This document shows positions 59,656 through 64,000 of a stretch of DNA of 64,000 nucleotides, piece by piece. A program made the translations under genes and the position numbers. Position 1 is the stretch's first letter, and every line of letters starts with the position of its first letter. The notes beneath the pieces are model-generated. The model was not told where the DNA came from. It saw only the letters and a program-made list of their open reading frames with translations, and made no database searches. Source of the stretch: Pseudomonadota bacterium. GTDB taxonomy: Bacteria > Pseudomonadota > Gammaproteobacteria > Steroidobacterales > Steroidobacteraceae. The stretch is from NCBI GenBank assembly GCA_021792755.1, contig JAJYUA010000013.1, positions 12,624 to 76,623 on the forward strand, written 5' to 3'.

Positions 59656-60107
59656 AGAAAAGCGAGCGGATCGACAGGGTGCGGCGGGCGGTCGATGAGT
59701 TCGAGCGGCGCAAGGCCGAGGCGCTCGCCCGGTGCGAGCGGCGCGTCCTCGAGGCCGAGAGCCGGCTCGGGGAGCTCGAGCGCTACCGCGCGGCCTACGC
59801 GCAGGACTTCAACCGGCGCGCGCAGGCGGGCCTCGACGGCGCCGGCGTGCGCGAATACCAGGTCTTTCTCGGGCGCCTCGAGGAGGCGGTGCGCCATCAG
59901 GATCAGATCGTGGTTCAGATCCGCTCGCAGCGCAGCGCCGAGCTCGAGAGCTGGCGCCTCGCCGCCCGCCGCGCCGCCGCGGTCGATACCCTGGCCGAGC
60001 ATTGGCGGGCCGAGGAGCGGCGCACCGAGGACAAACGCGAGCAGCACGAGACCGACGAGCGCTCGCAGCAGATCTGGAGCCGCAGGAGTCATACCCGTGT
60101 CACTTGA
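59652..60107 (+). CDS. fliJ: Flagellar export chaperone/stalk protein FliJ
   Basis: 151 aa coiled-coil. ..[16 protein letters not shown].. Lies between fliI and fliK. Confidence 0.85.
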   Translation: MKKSERIDRVRRAVDEFERRKAEALARCERRVLEAESRLGELERYRAAYAQDFNRRAQAGLDGAGVREYQVFLGRLEEAVRHQDQIVVQIRSQRSAELESWRLAARRAAAVDTLAEHWRAEERRTEDKREQHETDERSQQIWSRRSHTRVT

Positions 60108-61293
60108 GTCGATGCGCTTCGCCACGGCGAGCGCCGCGCCCGGCACGCCGCAGCCGCCGGCCGGGCCGGCCCCGGCCGGCGCAGGCCGCGCCGATGCGAA
60201 CCTCCCTGCCGGCGCCGATACCCGCCCGGCCGATGGCGCCGGTGCCGCGGCGGCGCCCGGGCCGAGCGCGCAGAACACTCCGGCATCGCAACCGGCCCGG
60301 CCCGAAGCGGCCCGCTCCGCCGGCCGCCACAGCGCCGCGGACCCGGGCCGCGCCGCGTCCAAGGCTGCCCGCGCCGCCGGCGCCGGCCCCGGCCCGAGGG
60401 GTGAGCCGGTGAGCCCGAGCGGCAGTTTCTCCCAGGCGCTCGCCCAGTCACAGGCCGCATCCGGCCGCGGCGTGCGCCACGGCGCCACCCGCGGCCACGG
60501 CCTTCACCCCGACGGCGCCGCCGGCCAGACGCCGGCCAAGGAGGGCAAACCCGACCCGGTCGGGACCGCCCTGGCGCTCGTCTCGCAAGCCTCGCCCGTG
60601 GGGGGGGCGGCCGGCGGCGGCGCAGGCGCGGGGAAGGCTGCGCAGAGCACGGCGGCGTCCGCGTCGACCTCGGCGGCCGCCAGGGGCGCCGAGCACACCG
60701 CCCAGGCGCTGCTCGCGCGCGCGGCGGTGCAGGATCTGAGGGCGTCCGGTCCGGCTGCGGCTCCCACGGCCGCCTCGCCCGCAACGACCTCGATCAGCAG
60801 CGCCGCAGCGGCCCTGGGCGGCGCCCAGGCCGGCCTCGCAGCCCGCTCCGCGACCCCGGTGCACGCCGCGGCAAGCCCGGCCGCCCGGCTGAGTGCGCCT
60901 GTCGGAACCGACGGCTGGACCGAGGAACTCGGCGCGCGGCTCACCTGGATGACGCACCAGGGCGTGCAGTCGGCCACGCTGCAACTCTCGCCCGAGCACC
61001 TCGGGCCGCTGCAGGTGAGCATCTCGGTGCAACACGGCGAGGCGAGCGTGTGGTTCGGCGCGGCCCACCCCGACACCCGCCAGGCCCTCGAGCAGGCCAT
61101 GCCGCAGCTGCGGCAGATGCTCTCGGGCCAGGGGCTGACGCTGACCGATTCGGGCGTGTCGCGGGACCCTCCGCGCGAGCAGGCGCCTCGCAAGGCATCG
61201 GAGCCCCCTGCCGGCGCCGGCGCGGAGGCATCCTCCGCGGCGCTATCCGGTCCCTCGCGGGCACCCCTCGGGATGGTCGACGCCTACGCCTGA
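60097..61293 (+). CDS. fliK: Flagellar hook-length control protein FliK
   Basis: I propose the GTG start at 60097, which has an AGGAG Shine-Dalgarno 8 nt upstream. An ATG at 60112 is the alternative. Ala/Pro-rich N-terminal half. The C-terminal domain ..WTEELGARLTWMTHQGVQSATLQLSPEHLGPLQVSISVQHGEASVWFGAAHPDTRQALEQAMPQLRQML is typical of FliK. Confidence 0.88.
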   Translation: MSLESMRFATASAAPGTPQPPAGPAPAGAGRADANLPAGADTRPADGAGAAAAPGPSAQNTPASQPARPEAARSAGRHSAADPGRAASKAARAAGAGPGPRGEPVSPSGSFSQALAQSQAASGRGVRHGATRGHGLHPDGAAGQTPAKEGKPDPVGTALALVSQASPVGGAAGGGAGAGKAAQSTAASASTSAAARGAEHTAQALLARAAVQDLRASGPAAAPTAASPATTSISSAAAALGGAQAGLAARSATPVHAAASPAARLSAPVGTDGWTEELGARLTWMTHQGVQSATLQLSPEHLGPLQVSISVQHGEASVWFGAAHPDTRQALEQAMPQLRQMLSGQGLTLTDSGVSRDPPREQAPRKASEPPAGAGAEASSAALSGPSRAPLGMVDAYA

Positions 61294-61366
61294 GCGGGTG
61301 AGCCGCGCGGGCCCGGGGCCTTGCAAGCTCGGCGCAGCGCGCCCGCGCCGTCCCGTCGTTGGACAT

Positions 61367-61942
61367 TCATCCCGCAGGCGCGCGCGGCGGACCGAGCCGG
61401 CCGGCGATCTGGCGTCGGTGGCGGCGGAAGGCGACCTTGGCGATCAGAGCGGCGACGGCGTCCTCCAGGGGCAGAAAGCGCACCGTGACGCTGCCCGCGT
61501 CGGTCACTTCGGTCACGCGGCCCGCGAAGCGCAGCGGCTGAGCGACGCACTCGTGCAGGTAGATCTCCAGCGCTCCCGCGGCCCCGGCCGCGGGCGGCGG
61601 CTCCGGGGCACGCCAGACGGCGCCGAGGGCGTTGAAGCACACCGGCACAGGCGCCGGACGGGGGCGGTTGGTCGCGAGGATCTGTCCGACCAGATCGAGC
61701 AGCAGCGTGAGCTTGCGATCCAGGCGCTGCAACTCCGTCGACAGAGGCGAGTTCTCCTCCGGCTCGACCCGGCTTTGATCGGTGAGCGCCTCCCAGGTCT
61801 GCAGGATCTGCAGATTACGTTCCGACAGACTGGCGAGGGCTTGCGGCCCGGGCGCCGCCTGCGCCGGCCGCCACAGCACCGGCAACACATCCTGGAACGC
61901 GAGCTCCTCGTAGAGAACGACGGTGTCGGCGCTGTCGGGCAT
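61367..61942 (-). CDS. Atypical PilZ-like protein (putative c-di-GMP-receptor-related; canonical RxxxR/DxSxxG motifs not in their usual place)
   Basis: 191 aa. ..LSTELQRLDRKLTLLLDLVGQIL.. (a long helix), then a beta-rich segment ..VCFNALGAVW..LEIYLHECVAQPLRFAGRVTEV.., ending ..LIAKVAFRRHRRQIA. This resembles my memory of the atypical PilZ family. Not verified. Confidence 0.45.
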   Translation of the reverse strand: MPDSADTVVLYEELAFQDVLPVLWRPAQAAPGPQALASLSERNLQILQTWEALTDQSRVEPEENSPLSTELQRLDRKLTLLLDLVGQILATNRPRPAPVPVCFNALGAVWRAPEPPPAAGAAGALEIYLHECVAQPLRFAGRVTEVTDAGSVTVRFLPLEDAVAALIAKVAFRRHRRQIAGRLGPPRAPAG

Positions 61943-61972
61943 GTGCTCGTTGGCGACCTGAGGGCGGCGCTC

Positions 61973-62686
61973 TCAGGAGCGGGCGCTGGGCAGCGTCGTG
62001 ACGTTGGTGCCGGCCTTGGCCTCTTCGTGAAAGAAGCGGCGCACCAGCATTGCCTGCTCCAACCGGCCCCGCCGCACATAGGTCTGGTAGAGCAGGTCTT
62101 TCATCACCTCCAGAAGGATGCCGGCCTCATGGCTGTCGAGCAGCGGAATGCCGGGACGCGGATCGGAGGCGATGCCGAACAGGACGCTTCTGACTTTGTT
62201 GAAGATCTCCGGCGTCAGCGCCGCGAGCTCGCGCACCTCGTTGAGGGCGTCGAAGAACTGCAGCTTGCCCGCCTCGCCGAGATCGGCGAACGCCGCGCGT
62301 GCGGTCCGGCGGCACATGGAGGCGAAGGCGTTGCAGGCGCCGGCGCTGAAGCACTCGAGCGCCTCCTTGAACAACAGCGCCACCTCCTCGGGCAGGTGCG
62401 TGAAGTCGAATCGCTCCCGCGCCCGCTCGAGCTCGGTGAACCGCGGCGAGAGCTCGACCCTCGTCGGCCCATATGCGCGCGCCGTGAAGCGCAGGAACAC
62501 CGGCGCCTGGCAGGCGTCGCAGCGAAACACCATGCCGAGCTGGGTCGGCCGGCTCGCCTGCAGCTCCTCGAAGCGCGGCACGGCGACGGGGGTGATGTGG
62601 GCCAAGACCTGGCAGTGTGGGCAGGTGAGTGCCAGAGCCCTGCCCGGTTCGAGAATCAGACGGCTTTCCGGGTCGATGTAAGCCAT
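61973..62686 (-). CDS. Zn-ribbon (CPHC..CDAC) plus DUF4145-like domain protein
   Basis: The ORF was trimmed to the ATG at 62686, because the upstream TTG-initiated part has low GC at third codon positions. The N-terminus has four cysteines (LTCPHCQV..FRCDACQAP). The C-terminus ..EVALLFKEALECFSAGACNAFASMCRRTARAAFADLG.. resembles DUF4145. Confidence 0.5.
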   Translation of the reverse strand: MAYIDPESRLILEPGRALALTCPHCQVLAHITPVAVPRFEELQASRPTQLGMVFRCDACQAPVFLRFTARAYGPTRVELSPRFTELERARERFDFTHLPEEVALLFKEALECFSAGACNAFASMCRRTARAAFADLGEAGKLQFFDALNEVRELAALTPEIFNKVRSVLFGIASDPRPGIPLLDSHEAGILLEVMKDLLYQTYVRRGRLEQAMLVRRFFHEEAKAGTNVTTLPSARS

Positions 62687-62781
62687 GGTGCGGCGATTGT
62701 TGCTGGTGTATGCCCACCCCGGCCTGCCACTATAGCGGATTTTCAAGCCGCCCTCGCGCCTATCCGCCGGCGGCGCGCCGC

Positions 62782-64000
<1,219 letters not shown>

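Noticed and set aside
62687-62781. TTGAAA and TATAGT hexamers upstream of the Zn-ribbon/DUF4145 gene.
   Set aside because: The two hexamers are only 6 nt apart, so they cannot form a sigma70 -35/-10 pair. TATAGT might be a -10 on its own, but no suitable -35 lies 16-18 nt upstream.

Overview
High-GC (about 70% by eye) proteobacterial chromosomal segment. Most of it (about 5.3-61.3 kb) is one contiguous polar-flagellum and chemotaxis locus. In window order it contains: flaG-fliS-fliD-fliC (minus strand); flgLKJIHGFEDCB (minus); flgA-flgM-flgN (plus); two tandem HDOD genes; a minus-strand chemosensory operon (STAS-cheA-cheW-three MCPs-cheY2-two unknown genes-cheR-cheD-cheB); DUF2802; motCD; cheZ-cheY; fliA; fleN; flhF-flhA-flhB; fliRQPONML; then on the plus strand two sigma54 activators and fliEFGHIJK. 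The presence of flhF/fleN points to a gamma-proteobacterial-type polar flagellum; I cannot name the organism. Left flank: a partial T6SS tagH gene (it runs off the window and is absent from the ORF track) and DUF1820-purL. Right flank: a two-gene unit (Zn-ribbon/DUF4145 protein plus an atypical PilZ-like protein) and a partial ettA. I found four near-consensus sigma54 promoters (fliL, flgB, the second activator, DUF2802) and several sigma28 promoters (flgM, fliC, the che operon). I saw no rRNA, tRNA, CRISPR array, transposase or integrase. The many long antisense ORFs in the track are high-GC artefacts. Best candidates for undescribed biology: (1) two uncharacterised genes inside the che operon, a Sec-secreted two-cysteine mini-protein and a 162-aa protein with a CheZ-like F-x-D-x-x-x-Q motif; (2) a pair of sigma54 activators with no receiver domain, the second heading a sigma54-driven operon with fliEFGHIJK, and no sensor kinase anywhere in the locus; (3) the Zn-ribbon/DUF4145 plus PilZ-like pair next to the flagellar genes; (4) tandem HDOD paralogues at the end of the che operon. 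All family assignments come from motif recognition by eye. No database search was run.
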